DNA from: an uncultured bacterium | GTDB lineage: Bacteria > Zixibacteria > MSB-5A5 > CAIYYT01 | Assembly (NCBI GenBank): GCA_963726455.1 | Contig: CAVSCK010000004.1 | Location: 832,001-896,000 of the forward strand | Length of the DNA: 64,000 nucleotides | Reading direction: 5' to 3' | Shown here: positions 39,262 through 49,373 of the stretch, piece by piece | Numbering within the stretch: the stretch's first letter is position 1 | Layout of the letters: every line of letters starts with the position of its first letter | Position numbers and translations under genes: made by a program | The notes under the pieces: model-generated | Told to the model about the DNA's origin: nothing | Databases searched by the model: none | What the model saw: the letters and a program-made list of their open reading frames with translations, nothing else

Positions 39262-40745
39262 TACAGCTCCCACCTGCCGAGCGATTGCCACAGGGACGAC
39301 TGTTTGGCAGTCGCTGTGCCCGCCTCAGCGGCCGGTCGGGCTGACATCGCCAGCACAGCCCCTGCCAGCGCCAACGGAAGGTCGTCTTGCGATACGGGCT
39401 CCGACCATTCAGGAAGATGCTGGTCGATAAATCCGGTGAACAGGTTACCTTTTCGGTATTCCTCATGAGCCAGGCAATCCATCAAGAAGCGGACGTTGTT
39501 CTTAATGCCAATAATCCGATAATCCCGCAAAGCCAGCATCATGCGTTCGATCGACTCGTTTCGATCACGACCGAACGTAATCACTTTCGACAAGATCGGA
39601 TCGTAGTAGATCGGCACTTCGCAACCGCTATAAATACCCGAATCGATTCGTAGATTCGCGGCACTCGGTTCCTGCAGGTAATGGATCTTACCGGCCGATG
39701 GCAAAAATCCACTCGCCGGATCTTCGGCGTAAATGCGGCATTCGGTCGCGTGGCCTTGCGGTCGGATATCTTCCTGTTTGAAGGAGAGCTTTTCGCCTGA
39801 AGCCACACGGATTTGCTCTTTCACCAGATCGTATCCGGTTGTCATTTCGGTGATCGGATGTTCGACTTGGATGCGGGTATTGACTTCGAGGAAATAATAA
39901 TGCCCTTCAAAGAAGAGGAATTCCACCGTTCCCGCTGATGTATAGTTCGCAGCTTTGGCCGCCGCGATAGCCGCCTGCCCCATTTGCGCTCGCAGCTCGG
40001 GCGTAAGCGCGGTCGATGGCGTTTCCTCGATTATCTTCTGATGCCGCCTTTGGATCGAACATTCGCGCTCGTAAAGATGAACTGTGTTGCCGAAGTTGTC
40101 AGCCATGACCTGAAATTCAATGTGTCGCGGACACGCGATATACTTTTCGAGATAGACTGTCGGATCGGAAAATGCAGATCCGGCTTCACGGCTGGATGCT
40201 TCGACGGCGTCGCGCAAGTGTTCTTCGTCGGTGACAATACGCATGCCCTTTCCGCCACCGCCCGATGCCGCTTTCACCAAAACCGGATAACCGATCTGGC
40301 GCGCCAACGGCACGAAATCCTCGACCCTGCCCGACTTGACTTCCCCGCCCGGCACGATCGGAACCTTGGCGTGCTTCATCATTTCACGCGCGCCAAGTTT
40401 ATTGCCTAGTGCCTGAATTGATTTTGGATTGGGGCCGATGAATGTCAGCCCGGCATCTTGCACTGCCTGCGCGAAGTCGCCGTTTTCTGCCAGGAATCCG
40501 TAACCGGGATGAACAGCATCGCAGCCGGTCTGTTTGGCAGCGTCGATGAGCTTGTCGACACGAAGATAGCTTTCAGTCGCCGGCGGCGGACCGATCAGGA
40601 CAGCTTCATCGGCACGCAGAACGTGTAATGCTTTGGCATCAGCTTCGGAGTAGACTGCCACAGTCGGAATGCCAAGCTCGCGAGCCGCGCGCATGATGCG
40701 CAGCGCAATTTCACCGCGATTGGCAACGAGGATTTTCTTCAGCAT
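39261..40745 (-). CDS. Biotin carboxylase subunit of methylcrotonyl-CoA-type carboxylase
   Basis: ANRGEIA, HPGYGFLAEN, GGGGKGM, RECSIQRRHQK, NTRIQVEH. Confidence 0.93.
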   Translation of the reverse strand: MLKKILVANRGEIALRIMRAARELGIPTVAVYSEADAKALHVLRADEAVLIGPPPATESYLRVDKLIDAAKQTGCDAVHPGYGFLAENGDFAQAVQDAGLTFIGPNPKSIQALGNKLGAREMMKHAKVPIVPGGEVKSGRVEDFVPLARQIGYPVLVKAASGGGGKGMRIVTDEEHLRDAVEASSREAGSAFSDPTVYLEKYIACPRHIEFQVMADNFGNTVHLYERECSIQRRHQKIIEETPSTALTPELRAQMGQAAIAAAKAANYTSAGTVEFLFFEGHYYFLEVNTRIQVEHPITEMTTGYDLVKEQIRVASGEKLSFKQEDIRPQGHATECRIYAEDPASGFLPSAGKIHYLQEPSAANLRIDSGIYSGCEVPIYYDPILSKVITFGRDRNESIERMMLALRDYRIIGIKNNVRFLMDCLAHEEYRKGNLFTGFIDQHLPEWSEPVSQDDLPLALAGAVLAMSARPAAEAGTATAKQSSLWQSLGRWEL

Positions 40746-40788
40746 CTCAAAGTCGTATTACGAGGGCACACAGTCGTGCGCCCGTTAT

Positions 40789-41572
40789 TCACACCCATTT
40801 CGGTTTGCGTTTATTCAGGAAGGCGTCCATACCCTCCTGCCCTTCGGGAGATTGCCGCAAGTCGGCGATCACACGAGCGGTAAATTCTTTGTACTCGTCA
40901 ACTCCCTGTGACGGTACCGCCTCCAGCAATTCCTTGCAAACTCGGATTGCTTCAGGCCCCGACGACATCAATGACTCAACCAATCCGTTAACGGTCGCAT
41001 CCAGCATTTCGTCGGGCACCGCGCGATTGACCAGCCCGGCATCGAGCGCGCGCTCGGCGGTCAGACGTTCGCCGGTCAGGAAGAACTCGCGCGCTCTTCC
41101 TTCGCCGACACGCTTGATGACATAAGGCGAAATACACGCCGGCACGACACCGATCTTGACTTCGCTGAACGAAAAGACCGCGCTCTGCGCCGCAACTGCA
41201 ATGTCGGTTACTGCCACAAAGCCGGTGCCGCCACCGATGGCTGCGCCATTGATTCTGCCGATCACCGGTTTGGGAAATGAATAGATATTCCAGAACAGAT
41301 CGGCCAGGCGGCGTGCTTCATCGAGATTATCTTCGATAAGCATAATCCTTGACGCGTCGCATCCAGTTAAGATCGGCCCCGGCGCAAAATGATTTGCCCT
41401 CGCCGGTGAGGACCACGACGCGCACATCAGGATCGGTCTTGAGTTTCGCAAAAGCGAACGTCATCTCGTCGATTACCTGATCGTTGAATGCATTGTGTAT
41501 TTCGGGCCGGCAGAAGGTGACTCTGCCGATCTTCCCTGCTGTTTCCATGCGGACAGTGCGGGTATCACTCAT
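40789..41572 (-). CDS. Enoyl-CoA hydratase, methylglutaconyl-CoA hydratase (LiuC)-like; one +1 frameshift near 41338
   Basis: 'RPEIHNAF', 'FCAGADLNWM', 'GGG.G', 'FSEVKIG', 'EGQEGM.AFL.KR.P.W'; span = 3n+1. Confidence 0.85.
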
Positions 41573-41577
41573 ATCAT

Positions 41578-43187
41578 CTACATCCTGAAAATGCCGAAAT
41601 TGGTATCCGGTATTTCACTGTTCAGCGATACGGAAATCGCCAGCCCCAGAAGATCGCGCGTTTTCAGCGGATCGATGATTCCGTCGTCCCAGAGACGCGC
41701 AGTCGAATAGTACGGCGAGGATTCGCGCTCGTATTTTTCCAGTGTCGGTTTCTTAAACGCGGCTTCCATCTCGGCAGTCAATTCGACACCCTGCTTCTTA
41801 AGCTGGGACTTTCTTGACTGTCCAAAGCACGTCGGCCGCCTGCTCACCACCCATGACACAGATCTTTCCCGCCGGCCACATCCAGAGGAAATTCGGATCG
41901 TAACCACGGCCGCACATGGCATAGTTGCCGGCACCGTAGGAACCGCCGACGATCACGGTGAATTTCGGCACCTGCGCATTGGCAACGGCATGAACCAGCT
42001 TGGCGCCGTCGCGCGCGATGCCGCCATGCTCATATTTCTTGCCGACGATGAAGCCGGTGATATTCTGCAGGAAGATCAACGGTATGCGACGCAGCGCGCA
42101 CATCTCAATAAAATGCGCACCCTTCAGCGATGACTCGCTGAACAGCACGCCGTTGTTGCCGATGATTCCAACCATGTAGCCATGAATTCGCGCAAAGCCG
42201 CAGACCAGCGTCGCGCCGTACAACGTCTTGAACTCCTGAAAACGGCTGCCGTCAACAATGCGCGCAATCAACTCGCGAATATCGTAAGGCCGGCGCAAGT
42301 CGGTCGGCACGACACCATACAGTTCCTGCGGATCGTAGTACGGGTCTTCCGTCGCCGCGCGTTCGAGCGGATACTTCTCTTTACGATTCAGCGTCTCGAC
42401 GATATTGCGGCAGATCGCGATCGCATGTTCGTCGTTCAGAGCATAATGATCCGCGGTACCTGAAATTCGGCAGTGCACATCTGCGCCGCCAAGATCTTCA
42501 TCGCTGACTTCCTCACCGGTCGCGGCCTTCACGAGCGGCGGACCACCAATGAAGATCGTCCCCTGCTTGCGAACGATGATCGCCTCATCCGACATCGCCG
42601 GAACATAAGCGCCACCAGCCGTGCAACTGCCGAGCACGACTGCAATCTGCGGAATACGAAGTCCCGAGAGCGTCGCCTGATTGTAAAAGATTTTGCCGAA
42701 GTGATCCTTGTCGGGAAATGTCCCCGATTGCTCCGGCAGGAAGATACCGCCCAGAATCAACCAGATACACACAGGGCAGATTGTTCTTGCGGGCGATTTC
42801 CTGTGCGCGCACATGTTTCTTGATCGTCATCGGGAAATAGGTGCCACCTTTGACTGTGGCATCATTCGCGACCACCAGCACTTCTCGGCCATGCACGACA
42901 CCGATACCGGTCACCATTCCGGCAGCCGGAGCAGCGTTGTCGTACATGTCACAGGCCGCCAGCGGTGACAACTCGATAAACGGTGTGTTGTCATCGAACA
43001 GCCGGTCCAGCCGCTCGCGCACCGTAAGCTTGCCGCGCGCTTTGTGGCGTGCTACCGATTCCGGCGGGCCGCCCTGACGCGCTGCATCCATGCGGCTGCG
43101 GAGATCCTCCACCAACCGCTTGTTCTCATCGAAGTTCGCCTGATACTCAGGCGATTTTGTGTCGACTTTGGTTTCGATTCTATACAT
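41578..43187 (-). CDS. Methylcrotonyl-CoA carboxylase beta (carboxyltransferase) subunit; two +1 frameshifts near 42751 and 41811
   Basis: 'NDATVKGGT', 'LVDSGG.FLP', '[11 protein letters not shown]', 'FLQNITGF', 'STARLWDDG', 'FGIFRM'; span = 3n+2, 535 aa after repair. Confidence 0.9.
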
Positions 43188-43219
43188 CGGTCTTTCCCAC
43201 TATTATCGACCGTATCAAA

Positions 43220-43241
43220 CCCACAGCAAGCTGTGGGCTAC
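43220..43241 (-). repeat. GTAG-led short palindrome (REP/IS200-IS605-end-like) or weak terminator
   Basis: Minus strand GTAG-CCCACAGC-TT-GCTGTGGG-TTTG. Confidence 0.5.
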
Positions 43242-43256
43242 CTCTCGAACTCGGAC

Positions 43257-43652
43257 TTAGATCACCGGGACGAATTTATATCCGTAACCGATCACACCAT
43301 TATGTCCGTCGGCCTGCACGCGGCGGAATTCGATCTGCAGATTCATGCCGTCTTTGATGTCAGCCAGATCGATATCCACAATCTGTGCCGTGATCTTGAC
43401 GCCCTCCGGGAATTCGCAAATACCCAGAGCGTACGGCGACTGATCCTTGAACTGGCTCGCCGGTGTATGGATTACCGTATATGTGATCAACTTGCCAATT
43501 GGCGAAACCATGATCGTCTCGAACTCACGTTTACCGCACTCACGGCAGATCAGGCGATGCGGGAAGTAAACCTTGCCGCAACTCTTGCACTTGGCCGCTT
43601 CAAGACGATAACGATGCGGGAACTCACGCGCAACTCTTGCCGGAAACATCAC
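43257..43652 (-). CDS. DUF35 Zn-ribbon/OB-fold scaffold protein
   Basis: CKSCG...FP....CRECG followed by OB fold; overlaps the thiolase stop. Confidence 0.92.
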   Translation of the reverse strand: MMFPARVAREFPHRYRLEAAKCKSCGKVYFPHRLICRECGKREFETIMVSPIGKLITYTVIHTPASQFKDQSPYALGICEFPEGVKITAQIVDIDLADIKDGMNLQIEFRRVQADGHNGVIGYGYKFVPVI

Positions 43653-44812
43653 GCCACCTCCATGATATGCACTACTGAACTGCCACCGGAACCACCCATA
43701 TTCTGAGTCATGCCGACTTTCGCGTTCTTGACCTGGCGCTTGCCGGCGTCACCGCGAAGTTGATGCACGATTTCGATTGCCTGCGCAATGCCGGTCGCGC
43801 CGACCGGATGGCCCTTTGATTTCAGACCGCCGGAAGCATTGATCGGGAACTTGCCTTCGATTCGGGTTTCACCGGCAGCAGCGGCGGCAGCGCCCTTGCC
43901 GCACGGGAACATCCCGAGCGCTTCGCTGACGATAATCTCAGCGATCGTGAAACAGTCATGCACTTCCGTGACGTTGATATCGTTGACTGTCTTCCCTGCC
44001 ATCTTATATGCGCGTTCAGCCGACATTTTGACGGCATCGAGCGAGGTCAGACTGCGGCGGTCGTGCAGCGCAATGGAATCTGTCGCCATGCCGCAACCGA
44101 TAATCTTGATCGCCGGCTTGTTGGAGAATTCCTTCACGCGATCCAGCGGACACAAAATCATCGCCGCGGCGCCGTCGGTGATCGGCGAGCAATCCAGAAT
44201 CCGCAGCGGATCGGCGACCATGACCGACTCGTTGACGGTCTTGATGTCGATCTTCATCTGATATTGGGCATTGGGATTATTCAACCCGTTGTCGTGGTTC
44301 TTCACCGCAACGGCGGAAAGTTGGTCGCGGGTGGCGCCATATTGCTCCATGTACGCCCGCGCCATCAGCGCATAGAGGCCGGGGAAAGTCGCGCCGTTGA
44401 ATACTTCGTATTCCTGATCGGCCGCGGTTGCCAGCGCATAGGTCGCGCCGTCACCGGATACGTCGGTCATCTTCTCGACTCCGCCTACCAGCACGAGATC
44501 GCTCATGCCGGAGGCAACTTCGATAAAGCCGCAGCGCAAGGCAAGTCCACCTGAAGCGCACGCGGATTCAACGCGCGTCGCCGGCAGGCCTTTCTGGCCG
44601 AGATAATCGGCCATGATCGAGCCGATATGTTCCTGCCCGACAAACAGGCCGCCGGTCATGCAACCGACATACATGCTGTCGAGCTTGTCAACTTTCGTAT
44701 CTGCCAGGGCGTTCAAAGCCGCTTCGACAAAGAGATCGCGGAACGATTTCTCCCACAACTCTCCCCATTTCTGCATGCCGACGCCGATTATTGCAACATC
44801 TCTCATCGTCAT
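43649..44812 (-). CDS. Archaeal-type (SCP2-like) acetoacetyl-CoA thiolase
   Basis: 'VESACASGG', '[10 protein letters not shown]', '[15 protein letters not shown]', 'NMGG'. Confidence 0.9.
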   Translation of the reverse strand: MTMRDVAIIGVGMQKWGELWEKSFRDLFVEAALNALADTKVDKLDSMYVGCMTGGLFVGQEHIGSIMADYLGQKGLPATRVESACASGGLALRCGFIEVASGMSDLVLVGGVEKMTDVSGDGATYALATAADQEYEVFNGATFPGLYALMARAYMEQYGATRDQLSAVAVKNHDNGLNNPNAQYQMKIDIKTVNESVMVADPLRILDCSPITDGAAAMILCPLDRVKEFSNKPAIKIIGCGMATDSIALHDRRSLTSLDAVKMSAERAYKMAGKTVNDINVTEVHDCFTIAEIIVSEALGMFPCGKGAAAAAAGETRIEGKFPINASGGLKSKGHPVGATGIAQAIEIVHQLRGDAGKRQVKNAKVGMTQNMGGSGGSSVVHIMEVA

Positions 44813-44817
44813 ACTCC

Positions 44818-45873
44818 TTAATCGTTCTTGATGATTTTGTGGCGGAACTTGGCGTAGGTGCCGTAGTCGAGGTAAACCTTCTTCTCATCGAGAAGCGTGA
44901 AGGTCTGCGTCGTAATGTTCTGCACCTCTTTAATCCGGTCGGTAACGCGCCAGATAAATCCGTCCGAACCGGCGCCGGAACCGTAGGAGACCATGAAAAT
45001 GCGGTCACCCGGTTTGGCTACATCAAGAATCGCGGTCAAGCCCATCGGCGATGCACCGGAATACGTGTTGCCGAGACGTGGCGTCAACCGGCCGCGCTCG
45101 ATCTGCTCTTTCTTGAAGCCGAGCATAAGTCCGGCACGCATCGGGAATTTGCCGTTGGGTTGGTGGAAGACGGCCCACTGGAAATCGGCCGGCTTGGTAC
45201 CCGACTTTTCCAAGAGTGCCTTGGCGGCGCCGAGCGTGTGTTTGAAGTACGCTGGTTCGCCGGTATAACGTCCGCCGTGTTGCGGATAGAATTCATGTTC
45301 GCGGCGCCAGAAATCGGGCGTATCGGTCATGAAGCTGACCGTGAATTCGATTTCGGCGACGAGTTTGTCGGCGCCCATCACGAACGCGGCAGCACCGGCT
45401 GATGCGGAATACTCCAGCGCATCACCGGGCGCTCCCTGCGACGTGTCGGCAGCGATCGCCATGCCATAGTCGATGTCGCCCGCCCTAACGAGCATCATCG
45501 TGGTATACATGGCTTCCGTGCCGGCTTTGCAGGCAAATTCGTAGTCAGCGCAACGGCAGAACGGTACCGCGCCGATGGCTTCGGCAACTACCGTACCGGA
45601 CGGTTTGACCGCATACGGATGCGATTCCGAGCCGATATACATTGAAGAAATCTGAGAGCCCCTAATTCCTGCGCGTTTCAGCGCACGCTTGGCGGCCTCG
45701 ACAGCGAGCGTGATCGTGTCGCAATCTGGAGGTGGCACCGATTTCTCCCACAGTTCCAGACCCTTCTTATATGAGGGGGCATCCGCTCCCCAGGTCTTGG
45801 CGATCTCCTCGACTTTGATCCGGTACCGTGGGATGTGCGCTCCGTAGCCGACAATTCCGACTTTTCTAGTCAT
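44818..45873 (-). CDS. Archaeal-type hydroxymethylglutaryl-CoA synthase
   Basis: '[11 protein letters not shown]', 'EFACKAGT' (catalytic Cys), 'HQPNGKFP', 'GNTYSG', 'SYGSGAGSD'. Confidence 0.92.
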   Translation of the reverse strand: MTRKVGIVGYGAHIPRYRIKVEEIAKTWGADAPSYKKGLELWEKSVPPPDCDTITLAVEAAKRALKRAGIRGSQISSMYIGSESHPYAVKPSGTVVAEAIGAVPFCRCADYEFACKAGTEAMYTTMMLVRAGDIDYGMAIAADTSQGAPGDALEYSASAGAAAFVMGADKLVAEIEFTVSFMTDTPDFWRREHEFYPQHGGRYTGEPAYFKHTLGAAKALLEKSGTKPADFQWAVFHQPNGKFPMRAGLMLGFKKEQIERGRLTPRLGNTYSGASPMGLTAILDVAKPGDRIFMVSYGSGAGSDGFIWRVTDRIKEVQNITTQTFTLLDEKKVYLDYGTYAKFRHKIIKND

Positions 45874-45951
45874 TGAAGTACCTCGATATATGTTGATTTA
45901 GAGTTTGCTCACACACCATAAGTCATACGCGCATTTCCGCATAGAGATCGG

Positions 45952-45980
45952 ATGTTAAGCATTTGCCCCGTTTATGTCAA
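45952..45980 (-). promoter_or_regulatory. Sigma-70 promoter for the HMGS operon
   Basis: TTGACA-N17-TAACAT. Confidence 0.6.
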
Positions 45981-46234
45981 GGGCTTTGGAGTTCATTGAT
46001 TCGGTTTACCAGATCGGCTACCGGCTTAGGGAAACCGGCCTTCGAGACCAATCATCATGTTGACATGAGGATGAAATTCGTTATCTTATCATCGATTCAC
46101 TGGTCGCCGATATCGTGCGTGGTTACTCGCCAATGTGATAGTCACATTTGCAGTTTCTTCGCATCATGATGATTAGCCGAAGCAAACCAAATTGGGCTAT
46201 TAGATTCGAACAAATTCCGAAAGGAGTATTACTT

Positions 46235-48139
46235 ATGCAATTGCGCATGAAACTTGTGGGATTGGGCCTGGCGGCTGTCCTTTTGGCCACTGCGCTTTAT
46301 GCGGAAGTGCCCCGCATTATGAACTATCAAGGGAGACTTACCAACTCACTGGGCGTGCCCTACTCGGGCACGAAGAACGTGACATTTAAGATCTACAGCG
46401 GCTCCGGAGTTGTCATCTGGAACTCGGGGATCTTGAGTTTGACGTTTGCAGACGGGTTGTTCAGCGTCAAACTCGGCGAATCACCGCAGCCCCAGCTACC
46501 AACTACAAACTGGCAGACCGACACTCTTCTTACCCTTGGAATCTCTGTCGATCCAGAGCCGGAGTTGACGCCTCGTGTTCGCTTCACCACTGCCGGCTAT
46601 GCTTTCACAGCCAAGACGGCCGATATGGCGAGTTCTATCGCTGATAACAGTGTCACCAGCGCAAAGATCGTCAACGGTTCCATTTTGTTCGAGGATCTAG
46701 GGACAAACGGCGCGAACGAAGGGAAGGTCGTCAAATACCAGAGCGGACACTGGTCTGCCGGCACTGACGATATTGGCCCTACTACCGGTTGGACTGATGC
46801 CGGTTCGATTATATACAATACAACCCTCGCCGACAGCGTCGGTATTGGCACCGCAACACCGGGAGCGAAACTCGACGTGTCAGCACCTGTCGACCAGATT
46901 GCGACGCGGATATCGAGTTCCAGTAATGATGTCAGACTGCCTGCAGTCCAAGCGATCAATCCGGGTCAAAACACCGCTCTGTTCTATAACGGCCCCCTCT
47001 CTGCATGGCCGGCGTGGCCTCCTTGCGCCGTCTACAGCAGAGTCAGTGGAAAGACCTCGGGCATAGCCGGGTGGTTTGAGACATACGGGAGCGGCTTCGC
47101 GGCCGTTGATGCGAACAACGGCGCAAGCGATTCAGCGTATGGCATCTCGGCTTCGGCGTACAACGGAACAGCCGCCTGGCTGCAGGGCGAAACAGGGTTG
47201 GAATGCTCGGGTCATGGACCCACTGCTGCGAAGTTTGAAGCGAACGCCGGCGAGTTTAGTCGGACAATCGATGCCAGGTATACGGGGTCCTTTGTCACGG
47301 ATCACCAGGCCGTTTATGGCTATTCCAGGCCGGCAGATTATTATGGAGTGGGCGGAGACTTCGAAGGTGGTTATTTCGGTGCGGTTGGCTACGTAAATCC
47401 AACCGGAAGCTATTCATATTATGGAGTCAAAGGCCAGGTGGCCGGTGGCACAGGTACGAACTACGGTCTATACGGTCTCGCATACGGAACTGGCGAGAAT
47501 TACGGCATCTTTGCGACATCTTATTCCGGGACCACCAACTGGGCAGGTTATTTCGAAGGCGACGTAAATATCACCGGGAACATTGTAAAATCTGGTGGTG
47601 GCTTCAAGATTGACCACCCCTCGAATCCCGCGAACATGTATCTGCAGCACAGTTCGGTATCGTCGGATGAAATGAAAGACATCTACGACGGCGTAGCAGC
47701 TCTCGATGTTAGCGGCAAAGCGACGATTCAACTTCCCAACTGGTTCGAAGCACTGAACGCCGATTTCCGCTACCAGTTGACCTGCATCGGCGGATATGCA
47801 CCGGTCTACATAGCATCAAAGATTAGCGGTAACAGTTTTACGATTGCCGGAGGAACGCCCGGTCTTGAAGTTTCCTGGCAAGTTACCGGTGTTCGCATAG
47901 ACAAGTTCGCCCAGGCGAATCCGATGAAGACGGAACTGGACAAGGGACCGTCAAAAAGAGGTCGATACTTGCATCCCGAACTATATGGTTTGGGAAGAGA
48001 CATGAGCGTCACCTATGATCCTCAGCGATCTCCTGACGTACAGGCGAAGGATGAGGCAATACGCCAGAACACGGCAAAGGCAGCGGCTGAACGTATCAGC
48101 ACACCTGCCAAGACGGAGACCGTATCGTCGGGTCAGTAG
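46235..48139 (+). CDS. Secreted fibre-like protein with Gly-rich beta repeats and tail-fibre-chaperone-like C-terminus
   Basis: AAGGAG RBS; signal peptide; 'MNYQGRLT...GLFSVKLG'; 'VGIGTATP'; YG(V/L/I) repeats; 'FKIDHP...LP.WFEALN...YQLT'. Confidence 0.65.
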   Translation: MQLRMKLVGLGLAAVLLATALYAEVPRIMNYQGRLTNSLGVPYSGTKNVTFKIYSGSGVVIWNSGILSLTFADGLFSVKLGESPQPQLPTTNWQTDTLLTLGISVDPEPELTPRVRFTTAGYAFTAKTADMASSIADNSVTSAKIVNGSILFEDLGTNGANEGKVVKYQSGHWSAGTDDIGPTTGWTDAGSIIYNTTLADSVGIGTATPGAKLDVSAPVDQIATRISSSSNDVRLPAVQAINPGQNTALFYNGPLSAWPAWPPCAVYSRVSGKTSGIAGWFETYGSGFAAVDANNGASDSAYGISASAYNGTAAWLQGETGLECSGHGPTAAKFEANAGEFSRTIDARYTGSFVTDHQAVYGYSRPADYYGVGGDFEGGYFGAVGYVNPTGSYSYYGVKGQVAGGTGTNYGLYGLAYGTGENYGIFATSYSGTTNWAGYFEGDVNITGNIVKSGGGFKIDHPSNPANMYLQHSSVSSDEMKDIYDGVAALDVSGKATIQLPNWFEALNADFRYQLTCIGGYAPVYIASKISGNSFTIAGGTPGLEVSWQVTGVRIDKFAQANPMKTELDKGPSKRGRYLHPELYGLGRDMSVTYDPQRSPDVQAKDEAIRQNTAKAAAERISTPAKTETVSSGQ

Positions 48140-48318
48140 ACCTGCAGAATTGGCGCGAGCGGCCTCAGAGGCGAGGTCGCCGCGCTTTAACATGTTGCCC
48201 CTGTAATTCTCAAGAAATGATCGCGATCAGGTCAGAGGTTGAGTGTCACTGCTTAAGGAAAGTCGGAACCGATCTACCGGTGGTCCTGCGGAAACACCGG
48301 TATTCCCGAAAAGGGTAA

Positions 48319-49125
48319 CTACTGCTCCTCTGGCCACTGCGACATATCGCAATGGCCCAGACTCTCAAACATGCACCTTGCCACAAACGCTTCGCCCCAC
48401 CAGTCAGGTCTCTGCCAAATCTGCTCAGGGAAGTTCCGGTAGGCGTGACCCACGTATTCGACTTTTTCATCAGTCACGCGGAAGTACCAGTACTCGCTGA
48501 CCAGGCACCCCGAGGGGCAGTCTTCGGAGCCCTCGCGAAACAGGTATGTCCTCTTTTCGCCGCGCAGCCAGGGATATACGTTTGAATCGTCGCCTCCTAG
48601 AATATCCGGACCTGCACTTGTTACGCCAGGCAATCCCCTATAGGAGTTCGCCAGCGAATCGCCATTTGCAATTCCCTCGAAAGTAAGCTTAACGGTGGGA
48701 GCCAATTGGAGAGCAAGTGTGTCTATGTCGTTCACTCGCAGAAGTGCGTTTACGGAATCCCATGCGCGGTATTCACCTCTCCTGAGTTGCACAATAGACG
48801 AGCTATCAAAACGGACAAGTATCTGTGATATGGGGACATTCGAAAAAAAGTGAATCGTCCGCACCTGCGAAATCCCCCAGTCATTAGCGCGAATTCGCTG
48901 CAGGTCATTATGAAATTTCTGATACAACCACTCCGGAGCAACCAACTCGTTTGAGTACCACAACGCCGCCTGCTCGGCCTCCACATCCTCGCGCGGCGTT
49001 TGGGCAAGCTGATCCTTGATCCATTGTGTGCGATCCGTTGGAGTCGGTGCATTGCCATAATCGCCACATGACGGGAAGAGTAGAGCTGAAAAAACAATTC
49101 CAAAGAATAACGCGGATTTCTTCAC
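48319..49125 (-). CDS. Lipoprotein of unknown function
   Basis: GTG after GGGAGG; lipobox FPSC; 'G.EDCPSGC....YWYF' motif. Confidence 0.7.
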   Translation of the reverse strand: MKKSALFFGIVFSALLFPSCGDYGNAPTPTDRTQWIKDQLAQTPREDVEAEQAALWYSNELVAPEWLYQKFHNDLQRIRANDWGISQVRTIHFFSNVPISQILVRFDSSSIVQLRRGEYRAWDSVNALLRVNDIDTLALQLAPTVKLTFEGIANGDSLANSYRGLPGVTSAGPDILGGDDSNVYPWLRGEKRTYLFREGSEDCPSGCLVSEYWYFRVTDEKVEYVGHAYRNFPEQIWQRPDWWGEAFVARCMFESLGHCDMSQWPEEQ

Positions 49126-49373
49126 AGTACCTCCCGGTGTATTGAGGTTAGCCCCAATATAATAAAATCGACGGGAATGGCAATAACGTTATGACGCTGC
49201 GGATTTGCTGACAGATCACCTCTCAAGCACTGCCGATATTGTCCGACATATCATATAGAGGTGTACCTCGGCAGCGGTGGACAGTAAAGTGCGCCCGGTC
49301 AGTTGCCGAGGTAAGTCACCGCACGATAAGGCGTTACGCGGACTATCAGGGCAGTTTCCGGCAGGAGGATTGA

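Noticed and set aside
40789-43187. Programmed frameshifting or pseudogenisation of MCC-beta and hydratase
   Set aside because: No slippery sites; all are +1 insertions in short runs like those elsewhere in the window; motifs intact. Treated as probable read errors, unverified
43257-45873. PhlABC-type phloroglucinol acetyltransferase
   Set aside because: The HMGS homologue retains the catalytic Glu/Cys/His motifs and there is no type III PKS nearby
46235-48139. Prophage remnant
   Set aside because: The gene has a Sec signal peptide and no phage structural, packaging or integrase genes are nearby
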